From Candidatus Avispirillum sp. (GTDB taxonomy: Bacteria; Bacillota; Clostridia; Oscillospirales; CAG-272), in the NCBI GenBank assembly GCA_045650355.1, contig JAZRRC010000106.1:1-52441 (forward strand): a DNA stretch of 52,441 bases, in the 5' to 3' direction. The notes under the pieces were generated by a model. The model did no database searches, had not been told where the DNA came from, and saw only the letters and a list, made by a program, of their open reading frames with translations. This document shows positions 33,777-42,484 of the stretch, piece by piece. The position numbers and the translations under genes were made by a program. Numbering within the stretch: the stretch's first letter is position 1; the number at the start of each line of letters is the position of its first letter.

Positions 33777-35166
33777 ATGCATCAAGAGAGTTTATGATCT
33801 TTTCAAACTTTTCAATGGGGTTTGCCTTTTCCAGAGCCTCAAGGGTAGCAGTATACGTTTCCTGCATGAGTCCGTTTTCAACGTCCATCTCCCACTTGAT
33901 CTCACCGTCTCCTGCAAAATAAACGATATAGTAGCACTCGGTGCCCTCGTAAACGCCTGTGCTTCCTACAACGGTTTCGCTATCGCAAAGCCACTCGTAA
34001 AGTCCGTCGGGAAGACCATCGCTTACGGAAAGGCCCTCGATAACGCCACCCATTTTCTTGCCCTCCTCGTCTTCGCTCTTTTCCTTAACAAGAGCCTCAA
34101 AGGATTCGATGGTTGCTTCGCCCTTCTTCCACTCATCGAGAAGCTCCTCAGCATAGATCTTTGCCATTGAGCTTGTTTCGTGGTTGTTTACGTCTACCAT
34201 AAGAACACGAACGTTCTTTGTTACCTCATCACGAAGACCTGCTGCCTTTGTGAGAAGGTATACTGTATACTGACCGTCTACCTCGTTTGCCTTAACGTAG
34301 GTTTCTCCTGCCTTGGCACCGTCAAATGCCCATACGGAGAAATCGCTGGTCTTATCATAAACCTTTGCGTATTTATAGCACTTATCAGTCTTGATCTCCT
34401 CTGCCTTAAGCATGAGAGTATTTGTCATATAATCGATAATGTACTTATCAAACGCCTCAGCATCGGTGATCTTTGCAAGTGCATCAGCCGCTGCCTTTGC
34501 GTTTGCATCGCTGTCCTCATCAAAGGTGTATGTGATGTAATCGATTGCGTAAAGTGTTTCCTTATTCTTCTCGATATACTTCTCACGGTCCTCATCTGTG
34601 AAGGAATAGTCCTTTGTTTCGTGGTTATCGAATCTTGCCGCAAGAGCATCCTTTTCCAGGTATGCACGGAGAGCTTCCTTGCTTCCGTCGGGACCGAAGC
34701 GGTAGTCGAAATACTCATCAACAGTATAGTCAAGGTCGTTTGCAATTCTGACGCAGCGGTCAACCTCTGCCTTGATTGCCTCTTTGTCCTCCTCGGAAAG
34801 CTCAACTCCTGCCGCCTTTGCACCCTCGCAGCGGACAAGAACTGTTTCCATATAGCTTAAGGAAATATCCTTGAAATAATCAAACCAGGTCATATCGTTG
34901 TAGTAGAGCTGATCCTTAAAGGAAGCGTTTACATCGATATTATAAAAATCTACTGCCTCCTGGCTTGAGAAGAATTCGTTTACGTAAAGATAGAAGATTA
35001 CGGAAAACTCGCCTCTTGTATAGCTGAAGTTTTCGCTCTTCATAACGATATCGTCAGCGCTGTAGGGATCGTCAGCACCCAAAATCTCGCCCTCTTCCTT
35101 TGCACAGGCAACCATAGCGGACATTGCCATAACAAGGACAAGGAGCATTGCAATTATTCTTTTCAT
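33775..35166 (-). CDS. lipoprotein with a C-terminal parvulin/PrsA-like segment (tentative)
   Basis: Start taken at MKRIIAMLLVLVMAMSAMVAC (lipobox). The C-terminal segment VRVLMVDV...GGVIEGLSVSDGLPDGLYEWL...YYIVYF resembles PpiC-type PPIase domains. Confidence 0.6.
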   Translation of the reverse strand: MKRIIAMLLVLVMAMSAMVACAKEEGEILGADDPYSADDIVMKSENFSYTRGEFSVIFYLYVNEFFSSQEAVDFYNIDVNASFKDQLYYNDMTWFDYFKDISLSYMETVLVRCEGAKAAGVELSEEDKEAIKAEVDRCVRIANDLDYTVDEYFDYRFGPDGSKEALRAYLEKDALAARFDNHETKDYSFTDEDREKYIEKNKETLYAIDYITYTFDEDSDANAKAAADALAKITDAEAFDKYIIDYMTNTLMLKAEEIKTDKCYKYAKVYDKTSDFSVWAFDGAKAGETYVKANEVDGQYTVYLLTKAAGLRDEVTKNVRVLMVDVNNHETSSMAKIYAEELLDEWKKGEATIESFEALVKEKSEDEEGKKMGGVIEGLSVSDGLPDGLYEWLCDSETVVGSTGVYEGTECYYIVYFAGDGEIKWEMDVENGLMQETYTATLEALEKANPIEKFEKIINSLDA

Positions 35167-35261
35167 ACGGGAATATACCTTTCGGATAAAGTTATAAATA
35201 TAATAACACAAATTAAAATAATTTTCAACATTGATATTCAATGTTTACAATTTTTGAAAAA

Positions 35262-35293
35262 GAAAAATCTTGCACAGCAAAAGCTGTGCAAGA
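35262..35293 (-). terminator. intrinsic terminator of the deacetylase gene
   Basis: TCTTGCACAGC / GCTGTGCAAGA stem, loop AAAA. The upstream A-run gives a U-run on the minus strand. Confidence 0.7.
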
Positions 35294-35297
35294 CTGA

Positions 35298-36227
35298 TCA
35301 CTCAATAAAATACAGAAAGGTTGCTACTGACGTATCTCGAAGGATAGCATAGCGGGGGAGCATCATTGCATCCTGCCCCCAGTACCAATCGTCATCGGTG
35401 GTATAAGCATAGGTATAAAACTCACGGGCAACCTCCATAACCATTTCGTTATAGTCGCCTGAGGGGTATGCCACAGTAGTTACAGGCTTTCCCGTTATCT
35501 CGGAGATAAGCCATGAGGTTCCCCCGAACTGCTCACGCACACTCTGCTCGGAAAGACCTGTGAGAGACGGATGATCGAGAGTGTGAGAGCCGAACTGAAC
35601 AAGTCCGCTGTCGGACATTTCCTTTATCTGCTCGCTTGAAAGATAACCGGGCTTGTCGATCTTATAGCCGATCATATAGATCGTTACCTTAACGTTATAT
35701 TTCTTTGCAAGAGGGAACATATTTATATAGTTATCCTCGTAGCCGTCATCAAAGGTGAGGATAACGCTTTTCTTTGTCTTGGGGCCAAACTCATCGGCAA
35801 AGAGAGTTTCTATATTCTTCTCGCACAAAGCCTTGAACTGTTCTTCAAGATCGGCGGGTCGAACGAAAAGACCTGTGTTTACGGTATAGGGCTCGTCATT
35901 GACACAATGGTACATAAGCACCGTGGGATAATATGCATCTTCCACGTAGGGAATATCTGCATCCTTCTTTTTAACTCGCACGAGCTGATCGTTGAACGTG
36001 GCAGGGTCGGGATACTCACCGAAGGGGCTCACGTATTCCGTGGTGTCCTCCTCATCCTTCTCATCTTCAACATTATCAACACTTCTTGCGAGAGAAACGT
36101 TCTCCAGAGTATTATCTTCCTCTGCCGTTATAATATCCTCTCCTCCGTCGCCGGGAAAAAGGGATGGAGAAAACGCCATCAGAAAAACTGTCAGGAGAAT
36201 GACAAATATTGATATGATTTTTTTCAT
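35298..36227 (-). CDS. polysaccharide deacetylase (NodB-type), secreted or anchored
   Basis: N-terminal TM/signal sequence, an acidic linker, and motifs TFDDGYEDNY and GSHTLDHP. Confidence 0.8.
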   Translation of the reverse strand: MKKIISIFVILLTVFLMAFSPSLFPGDGGEDIITAEEDNTLENVSLARSVDNVEDEKDEEDTTEYVSPFGEYPDPATFNDQLVRVKKKDADIPYVEDAYYPTVLMYHCVNDEPYTVNTGLFVRPADLEEQFKALCEKNIETLFADEFGPKTKKSVILTFDDGYEDNYINMFPLAKKYNVKVTIYMIGYKIDKPGYLSSEQIKEMSDSGLVQFGSHTLDHPSLTGLSEQSVREQFGGTSWLISEITGKPVTTVAYPSGDYNEMVMEVAREFYTYAYTTDDDWYWGQDAMMLPRYAILRDTSVATFLYFIE

Positions 36228-36328
36228 TTTTCACCTTATAGTACAGTTATATGAAAACATTCTACAATACAAAGCACCTTTTGTCAACAAATTTTATGAA
36301 TTATAACAGGCAAATGTGCTCCCAAACA

Positions 36329-36357
36329 TTGACATTAAATATTTCTTTTAGTATAAT
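36329..36357 (+). promoter_or_regulatory. sigma-A-type promoter of the nucleoside hydrolase gene
   Basis: TTGACA (36329-36334), 17 bp, TATAAT (36352-36357). Confidence 0.55.
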
Positions 36358-36394
36358 GACAGCAACGAAGCTGTTAGAAAGGCACGGTATTATT

Positions 36395-37297
36395 ATGACA
36401 ATTCGTGAGATCCTTGCGGATATTAAAAGCGACAGAAAAAAGAAGGTAGTTCTCGACACAGACACCTTTAACGAAATTGACGACCAGTATGCTCTCGCAT
36501 ACTGCTACGTTTGCGACAAGATCGACCTTGTTGCAGTTCATGCAGCTCCTTATTTCAACGATAGGAGCACAAGCTTTGAGGACGGAATGATCAAGAGCTA
36601 CAACGAGATCAAGAAGGTTCTCGGCCTTATCAATCCCGATTACACTACACCCGTTTTCGAGGGTAGCCGTACAACCATCGAGGTTTCCGGCGGTTGTGTT
36701 GATTCCCCTGCGGCACGTAACCTTATCGAGGTTGTTAAGAACTCCGATGAGATAGTATACGTTCTTGCAATCGGTGCTATTACAAACGTAACAAGCGCCC
36801 TTATGATGGATCCCTCCATCAAGGACAACATGTGCGTTATCTGGCTTGGCGGAAACCAGCTTGACTCCAACAACCTTGGCGAGTTCAACCTCGTTCAGGA
36901 CTTCACAGGCGGTCAGCTCCTGCTCAACTCAGGTGTTCCCCTCCTTCTCTGCCCTGCATGGTTCGTAACCTGCGTTCTCACAACAAACTATGAGAACGTT
37001 TGCGCTCTCAAGGGCCACAACAAGCTTTGCGATTACCTCTTCGAGATAACAGACGAGGTATATCAGCAGGCAGGAAGCCGTCCCGACTGGATCCGTACCA
37101 TCTGGGATATCGGCGCTCCCGCAATTCTCGATTGCCCCGAGTGCGCTGAGATCGAGGTAGTTCCCACACCTGTATTCACAGACCAGAGAATCTACGCATT
37201 CGACTCCACACGTCACGAAATGCTTTATCTCAAGTCTATCGACCGCGAGACAGTTTACAAAGCTACCTGGAACGCACTTTTCTCACTTGATAAATAA
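36395..37297 (+). CDS. nucleoside hydrolase (IUNH family)
   Basis: DTDTFNEIDDQYAL matches the DxDxxxDD signature. Start taken at MTIREIL, downstream of the consensus promoter. Confidence 0.75.
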   Translation: MTIREILADIKSDRKKKVVLDTDTFNEIDDQYALAYCYVCDKIDLVAVHAAPYFNDRSTSFEDGMIKSYNEIKKVLGLINPDYTTPVFEGSRTTIEVSGGCVDSPAARNLIEVVKNSDEIVYVLAIGAITNVTSALMMDPSIKDNMCVIWLGGNQLDSNNLGEFNLVQDFTGGQLLLNSGVPLLLCPAWFVTCVLTTNYENVCALKGHNKLCDYLFEITDEVYQQAGSRPDWIRTIWDIGAPAILDCPECAEIEVVPTPVFTDQRIYAFDSTRHEMLYLKSIDRETVYKATWNALFSLDK

Positions 37298-37303
37298 CAA
37301 AAG

Positions 37304-37327
37304 CAGCCCGATCTCGGGCGGGTTTTT
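37304..37327 (+). terminator. weak intrinsic terminator of the nucleoside hydrolase gene
   Basis: GCCCG / CGGGC stem, loop ATCT, then GGTTTTT. Confidence 0.45.
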
Positions 37328-37329
37328 AC

Positions 37330-37371
37330 ATTAATTATTCATTATTCACTATTCATCATTCATTATTCATT
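37330..37371. repeat. six tandem heptamers (ATTCATT consensus)
   Basis: ATTAATT ATTCATT ATTCACT ATTCATC ATTCATT ATTCATT, between two convergent terminators. Confidence 0.85.
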
Positions 37372-37380
37372 TTTAAACAC

Positions 37381-37408
37381 AAAAAAAGCATCCCGAAGGA
37401 TGCTTTTT
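37381..37408 (-). terminator. intrinsic terminator of gdhA
   Basis: GCATCC / GGATGC stem, loop CGAA, A7 before and T5 after. Confidence 0.7.
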
Positions 37409-37420
37409 ATTGAGTTTAAA

Positions 37421-38773
37421 TTAAACCACACCCTGAGCCATCATAGCCTCAGCTACCTTTTCGAAGCCTGCGATGTTAGCGCCTGCGATGAGGTCGCCCT
37501 CCATGCCGTACTTCTTAGCAGCCTCGTAGGAGTTCTTGTAGATGTTCTGCATGATCTGGTGGAGCTTTGCATCAACCTCTTCAGATGTCCAGGAGTATCT
37601 CATGGAGTCCTGGCTCATCTCAAGACCGGATACTGCAACGCCGCCTGCGTTAACTGCCTTAGAGGGAGCAACGATTACGCCGTTCTCCTTGAGGTATGCA
37701 ACAGCATCTGCTGTTGTAGGCATATTAGCAACCTCAACGTAGTACTTAACACCGTTTGCAACGATGGACTTAGCGTTGTCGAGGTTAACCTCGTTCTGTG
37801 TTGCGCAAGGCATAACAACGTCTACCTTTACGCCCCAAGGACGCTGACCTGCAAAGAAGGGAACGCCGAACTTATCAGCATAGTCCTGAACCTTGTCGCG
37901 GCCGGAAGCACGCATCTCGAGAAGGTAGTTGATCTTCTCCTCAGTTACAAGACCCTCTTCATCATATACGTATCCGTCGGGACCGGAGATAGTTACAACC
38001 TTACCGCCGAGCTCGCAGATCTTCTTTGCTGTACCCCATGCAACGTTACCGAAGCCGGAGATAGCAAATGTCTTGCCCTTGATGTCCTCACCGAAGGACT
38101 TGAGCATCTCAACTGTGTAGTAAACAGCACCGAAGCCTGTTGCCTCGGGACGGATAAGAGAACCGCCGTAGGAAAGGCCCTTACCTGTGAGAACGCCTGT
38201 GAACTCGTTACGGAGTCTCTTGTACTGACCGTAGAGGTAGCCGATCTCTCTTGCGCCTACACCGATGTCACCTGCGGGAACGTCAGTATCAGCACCGATG
38301 TGCTTGGAAAGCTCTGTCATGAAGCTCTGGCAGAAGCGCATGATCTCTCCGTCACTGCGGCCGCGGGGGTCGAAGTCGGAGCCACCCTTACCGCCGCCCA
38401 TGGGGAGGGATGTAAGGCTGTTCTTGAATGTCTGCTCGAAGCCGAGGAACTTGATGATGGAAGCGTTTACGGAAGGATGGAAACGGAGACCGCCCTTGTA
38501 AGGACCGATTGCAGAGTTGAACTGAACTCTGAAGCCACGGTTAACCTGGGGCTTGCCGTTGTCGTCAACCCAGGGAACACGGAAAGTGATCATTCTTTCG
38601 GGCTCTACCATACGCTCGATAACACCGCTTGTGATAAGCTTTTCGTTCTTTTCAACTACGGGCTCGAGGGACTCGAGAACCTCTTCTACTGCCTGAAGGA
38701 ACTCAGGCTCACCTGCGTTGCGAGCCTTAACGGTTTCAACAACGCTGAGAAGGTATGCATTTTTAATTGCCAT
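37421..38773 (-). CDS. gdhA: NADP-specific glutamate dehydrogenase
   Basis: KGGLRFHPSV, GGGKGGSDFDP and GFGNVAWG; 450 aa. Confidence 0.95.
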   Translation of the reverse strand: MAIKNAYLLSVVETVKARNAGEPEFLQAVEEVLESLEPVVEKNEKLITSGVIERMVEPERMITFRVPWVDDNGKPQVNRGFRVQFNSAIGPYKGGLRFHPSVNASIIKFLGFEQTFKNSLTSLPMGGGKGGSDFDPRGRSDGEIMRFCQSFMTELSKHIGADTDVPAGDIGVGAREIGYLYGQYKRLRNEFTGVLTGKGLSYGGSLIRPEATGFGAVYYTVEMLKSFGEDIKGKTFAISGFGNVAWGTAKKICELGGKVVTISGPDGYVYDEEGLVTEEKINYLLEMRASGRDKVQDYADKFGVPFFAGQRPWGVKVDVVMPCATQNEVNLDNAKSIVANGVKYYVEVANMPTTADAVAYLKENGVIVAPSKAVNAGGVAVSGLEMSQDSMRYSWTSEEVDAKLHQIMQNIYKNSYEAAKKYGMEGDLIAGANIAGFEKVAEAMMAQGVV

Positions 38774-39022
38774 TGGTATGTACCTTACTTTCTTTGATTT
38801 ATCTTTAAGATTTGTTATATTTTATGATATAACAAGTTTATCATATGTTCAATTCTCTGTCAATAATATAGTGAAAGTTTGACACCCAAATAATTCAAAA
38901 TTCACCTGTTTTTTCATTTATATCCTATTTTTCGGCAGTAAATGAAATATCTTTTCTTTATTTCAGCAAAATTTAGCGTGCTAAATTGACAAACCGGGAC
39001 ATTGCAAAAGTAAAACTGCGAC

Positions 39023-39832
39023 TTAAAAACCCATTTCTTTTAAGCCTTCAACAACATCTCTGTAAAAATCAACTATATCAGAAATACCTTCGCCGCTTTT
39101 CTTCGATAATGGTCTGCGACGCAAATCTATCTCATCACAGTGGGAGATTCCTCTCCTCCCCACTCCTCTATATACACCTTTGAAATTGGTCCAACGAACA
39201 CCCTCAGGAGTGAGAAGCCCATCGTTTTCGCCCTCAAAATATTTCACGACTGACGAAGGTATCCACATAAACATATCACTAAATGCACTTTTCATAACGA
39301 ACGCAAAGCTCTGGTAATATACTCTCTCATCGTCAACATTATGCTCATTAAAAATCTTAGCCTTCTCTGTGGTAAATGAATGTATCACTTTATAAGTGTT
39401 CGGTTGTTTATCTCCCAGTATTTTAAACCATATATCAACTAAAAAGCATCCAAACTTAATTATTCCGTTTGGGAAACAAAGAAGCTTATCTACAGTTTTA
39501 GAACCGTGATGTGGAGTGCTCAGTGTAGTCAGTGAGGCAACACATCCTCCTATCCCCAACGTAGATATAGCATATCTCGAATCAAGACCACCCTTTGAAT
39601 GGGCTATTATATTCACTTTTTCGGCGCCTGTTTCCAAAAGTATTTCTTCAATGCGTTTTTTTATACTTGCACCATTAGTTTCCGCATCACCATTGCTGTC
39701 TTGATTTCCATAAAAAACTCGGCAACCGGCTTTTTCAAGCTCAGCGGGAATTCTGCCCCAATAATTTATATGCTTATAGTCACGGAACCCCATTCCATGA
39801 ACCATAATAACAGGGTATTTGAGATCTGCCAT
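39023..39832 (-). CDS. alpha/beta-hydrolase lipase/esterase
   Basis: VHGMGF and nucleophile elbow AHSKGGLD (compare the B. subtilis LipA-type AHSMGG); AAAGGA Shine-Dalgarno. Visibly AT-richer than its neighbours. Confidence 0.75.
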   Translation of the reverse strand: MADLKYPVIMVHGMGFRDYKHINYWGRIPAELEKAGCRVFYGNQDSNGDAETNGASIKKRIEEILLETGAEKVNIIAHSKGGLDSRYAISTLGIGGCVASLTTLSTPHHGSKTVDKLLCFPNGIIKFGCFLVDIWFKILGDKQPNTYKVIHSFTTEKAKIFNEHNVDDERVYYQSFAFVMKSAFSDMFMWIPSSVVKYFEGENDGLLTPEGVRWTNFKGVYRGVGRRGISHCDEIDLRRRPLSKKSGEGISDIVDFYRDVVEGLKEMGF

Positions 39833-39863
39833 ACAATGTTCCTTTTCTTTTTGTATTGAGTGT

Positions 39864-39892
39864 ATTATAACATATTAGCTATAATATAGCAA
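39864..39892 (-). promoter_or_regulatory. sigma-A-type promoter of the lipase gene
   Basis: Minus strand TTGCTA (39892-39887), 17 bp, TATAAT (39869-39864). Confidence 0.5.
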
Positions 39893-40001
39893 TCCTTCAT
39901 TACAACACATAATTTATGAAAGCTATGTGTATGATTACTACAAACGTACAGAAGCTTGAAAAAGAAGTAGATGCGAGGAACTTCCCACCTGTACACCCGC
40001 C

Positions 40002-40027
40002 GTACAACAAGAAAAGGCTGTCTTGAG
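40002..40027 (-). terminator. intrinsic terminator ending the dnaB operon
   Basis: GCTGTC / GACAGC stem, loop TTGA, extended by A/T pairs, U-run on both strands. Confidence 0.65.
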
Positions 40028-40038
40028 ACAGCTTTTTC

Positions 40039-40650
40039 TTACTTTTCAATCGGTGAGGTGATGAGCTTTGCTATATCCTTTGAGAAATGCTTGACGTTAA
40101 ACCATACTGATTTTTTATCAAAGTAGGAATCGCTCTTCTCAAACTTTGCCTTTTCATCTACAATTTCATCCATTGTACCCTCATAAATCACAGAATCCGA
40201 AAGGCGCTTTTCAAACTCCTTGATGGTCATAAATTCATCGATACCGAGGGCATAGAGCACAAACTCGATACAGATAAATGCATCCTTCTTCTTGAAGGGC
40301 TTTTTGAACCAGTATGCAAGAGCTGAAAAATAATTATATTTATACTGGTCGGGAGTTTGCTTGAAGCTTGCGATACGTGCCATTACCTTTTCGTACTCGC
40401 TGTCCTCCATGGAAATGGCGCACACCTTTACGGGGACCTTTTTTTCGCTGATAAAATATCTTGAAGGAAGCTCAATAACAAAGCCGCCTACGAAGGGAGT
40501 ATTCTTATATTTTCTCGCAAAGGAATACATTTTATCGAGAGTGGGAGTTTCAGAGATCGCCACGTGACTGAATTTATATCTTGTGAATTTTCTGATAAAT
40601 GTAGACATTTTATAATTCGACGTAAGAAATGCCACGTAAATTTCCTTCAT
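40039..40650 (-). CDS. YaeF/YiiX-like permuted papain-fold (NlpC/P60 superfamily) protein, tentative
   Basis: FSHVAI, then KYNYF, then AFICIEFV. This His-before-Cys order and context are as I recall for E. coli YaeF (SHVAI, YNY, FCSEFV). Strong AAAGGAGAG Shine-Dalgarno 21 nt after the dnaB stop. Confidence 0.55.
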   Translation of the reverse strand: MKEIYVAFLTSNYKMSTFIRKFTRYKFSHVAISETPTLDKMYSFARKYKNTPFVGGFVIELPSRYFISEKKVPVKVCAISMEDSEYEKVMARIASFKQTPDQYKYNYFSALAYWFKKPFKKKDAFICIEFVLYALGIDEFMTIKEFEKRLSDSVIYEGTMDEIVDEKAKFEKSDSYFDKKSVWFNVKHFSKDIAKLITSPIEK

Positions 40651-40671
40651 TTCCCTCTCTCCTTTCTTTTA

Positions 40672-42009
40672 TCAGCCGCCCTCGACTGCGTTTTCATCAA
40701 TAGTTACAAACTTAGTATATCTGCCGAGCCAGCCCATATTGACTGTGCCCGTTGAACCGTGACGGTTCTTTGCGATGATGACCTCCGCCACACTCTGGGG
40801 GGCATCCTTTTCCTTATTGTAATATTCATCTCTGTAGAGGAACATTACGATATCTGCGTCCTGCTCGATAGCACCGGAATCTCGAAGGTCTGACAGCATA
40901 GGTCTGTTGCCTGTTCTTGACTCACTTCCTCGGTTAAGCTGTGCGCAGCAAATTACGGGAACGTTCAGCTCCTTTGCCATGAGCTTTAAGTTTCTTGAAA
41001 TTTCTGTTACCTGCTGAACGCGGTTTTCGCTCTTGAGCTCGGACTGCATAAGACCAAGGTAGTCTACTACAACAAGACCGCGGTCCTTGACTCTTCTCAG
41101 CTTTGACATCATACCGGAAACTGTGATACCGGAGGTATCGTCAATAAGAATACGAGTTTCCGAAAGCTCACTTGCCGCATGGGCAAGTCTCTGCCATTCA
41201 TCATCGGAAAGCTCTCCCGAGCGGAGCTTCATATTATCTACAAGAGCTTCTCCGGAGAGAAGACGGGTTACAAGCTGCTCTGCAGACATCTCGAGTGAGA
41301 AGATACAAACAGCCTTGCCTGTTCTCTTTGCTGCAGAAACTGCAAGGTTCAGCGCAAATGCAGTTTTACCCATACCGGGACGGGCGCCTACCAGAACAAG
41401 GTCTGATTTACCCATTCCGACGATCATCTTATCAAGGGCGGAAAAGCCTGTCTGCATACCGAGAGTCTCTTCCTTATTGGTAGCAAGAAGCTGGAGATGG
41501 GAATATACGTTGATAAGGGCATCCTTGATCTCAACGAAGTTCTTATTCTCTCTCTGCTCGGCGATGCCGTAGATCTTTGCCTCTGCCATCTCAACAAGTC
41601 TGTGGGCCTCGTCCTCCTCGGCATAGGAGGCATCCGTTACCTCCTCGCATGCATCGATGAGAGAGCGGAGGATCGCCTTGTCTCTTACGATGTTGGCATA
41701 GTCCTTGATATTGGATGCTGTAGGCACGGTTTCCGCAATAAGGCGAACGTATTCCTTACCGCCTGCCTCATCATATACGCACTGAAGAACAAGCTCCTCA
41801 ATGAGGGTGACAGGGTCTATATTCTTGCTTCGGATATACATTCCCTGCATACAGGAATATATGCTTCTATGCTCCTCAAGATAGAAATCGTCTGCGGAAA
41901 TAATACCCGCAACCACGTCTATTGCCTGAGGGTCTATAAGAATAGCACCGAGAACTGACTGCTCCGCCTCAAGAGAAAAGGGGAGCTTTCTGTCTAACTG
42001 ATTGTTCAT
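40672..42009 (-). CDS. dnaB: replicative DNA helicase
   Basis: PFSLEAEQSVLGAIL, Walker A GARPGMGKTAF, VVDYLGLM and QLNRG. Confidence 0.95.
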   Translation of the reverse strand: MNNQLDRKLPFSLEAEQSVLGAILIDPQAIDVVAGIISADDFYLEEHRSIYSCMQGMYIRSKNIDPVTLIEELVLQCVYDEAGGKEYVRLIAETVPTASNIKDYANIVRDKAILRSLIDACEEVTDASYAEEDEAHRLVEMAEAKIYGIAEQRENKNFVEIKDALINVYSHLQLLATNKEETLGMQTGFSALDKMIVGMGKSDLVLVGARPGMGKTAFALNLAVSAAKRTGKAVCIFSLEMSAEQLVTRLLSGEALVDNMKLRSGELSDDEWQRLAHAASELSETRILIDDTSGITVSGMMSKLRRVKDRGLVVVDYLGLMQSELKSENRVQQVTEISRNLKLMAKELNVPVICCAQLNRGSESRTGNRPMLSDLRDSGAIEQDADIVMFLYRDEYYNKEKDAPQSVAEVIIAKNRHGSTGTVNMGWLGRYTKFVTIDENAVEGG

Positions 42010-42043
42010 TTATATCACTGTACTTTCTTTAGTTTTATGGCTA

Positions 42044-42484
42044 TCACTCGTGTACTACAACGTTGACCTTACCCACGATCTCAGGATAGAGCTTAACGTC
42101 AAGAGTGTAGGAGCCGAATGCCTTGATAGCACCGTCTGCTACGATCTTTCTCTTGTCGATCTCGATGCCCATCTCCTTGAGAGCCTTTGCAATATCAGCT
42201 GTTGTGATGCTGCCGTAAAGTCTGCCGTCTGCACCTGCTGTTGCCTTGATCTTTACAGTTACGCCACACAGCTTCTCAGCAATTGCACGTGCTGCAGCCT
42301 TATCCTGCTCGATTCTGAAATTCTTTGCATCCTCTTTGTTCTTTGCATCTGCAAGAGCCTTAGCATCTGCCTCGATAGCAAGCTTTCTGGGGAAAAGGAA
42401 GTTTCTTGCGTATCCGTCGGAAACGTTTACGATCTCATCCTTCTTGCCCTGACCCTTTACATCCTTTAAAAGCATTACCTTCAT
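42044..42484 (-). CDS. rplI: 50S ribosomal protein L9
   Basis: [32 protein letters not shown]; 146 aa; classical position upstream of dnaB. Confidence 0.95.
   Translation of the reverse strand: MKVMLLKDVKGQGKKDEIVNVSDGYARNFLFPRKLAIEADAKALADAKNKEDAKNFRIEQDKAAARAIAEKLCGVTVKIKATAGADGRLYGSITTADIAKALKEMGIEIDKRKIVADGAIKAFGSYTLDVKLYPEIVGKVNVVVHE

Noticed and set aside
37400-38797. A 465-aa ORF on the plus strand that covers all of gdhA in antisense.
   Set aside because: It is in the codon-aligned antisense frame (offset 21 nt). Its openness only means gdhA lacks TTA, CTA and TCA codons. The protein is low-complexity (rich in L, V, C, A) with no Shine-Dalgarno or recognisable domain, whereas the minus-strand product is an unmistakable glutamate dehydrogenase.
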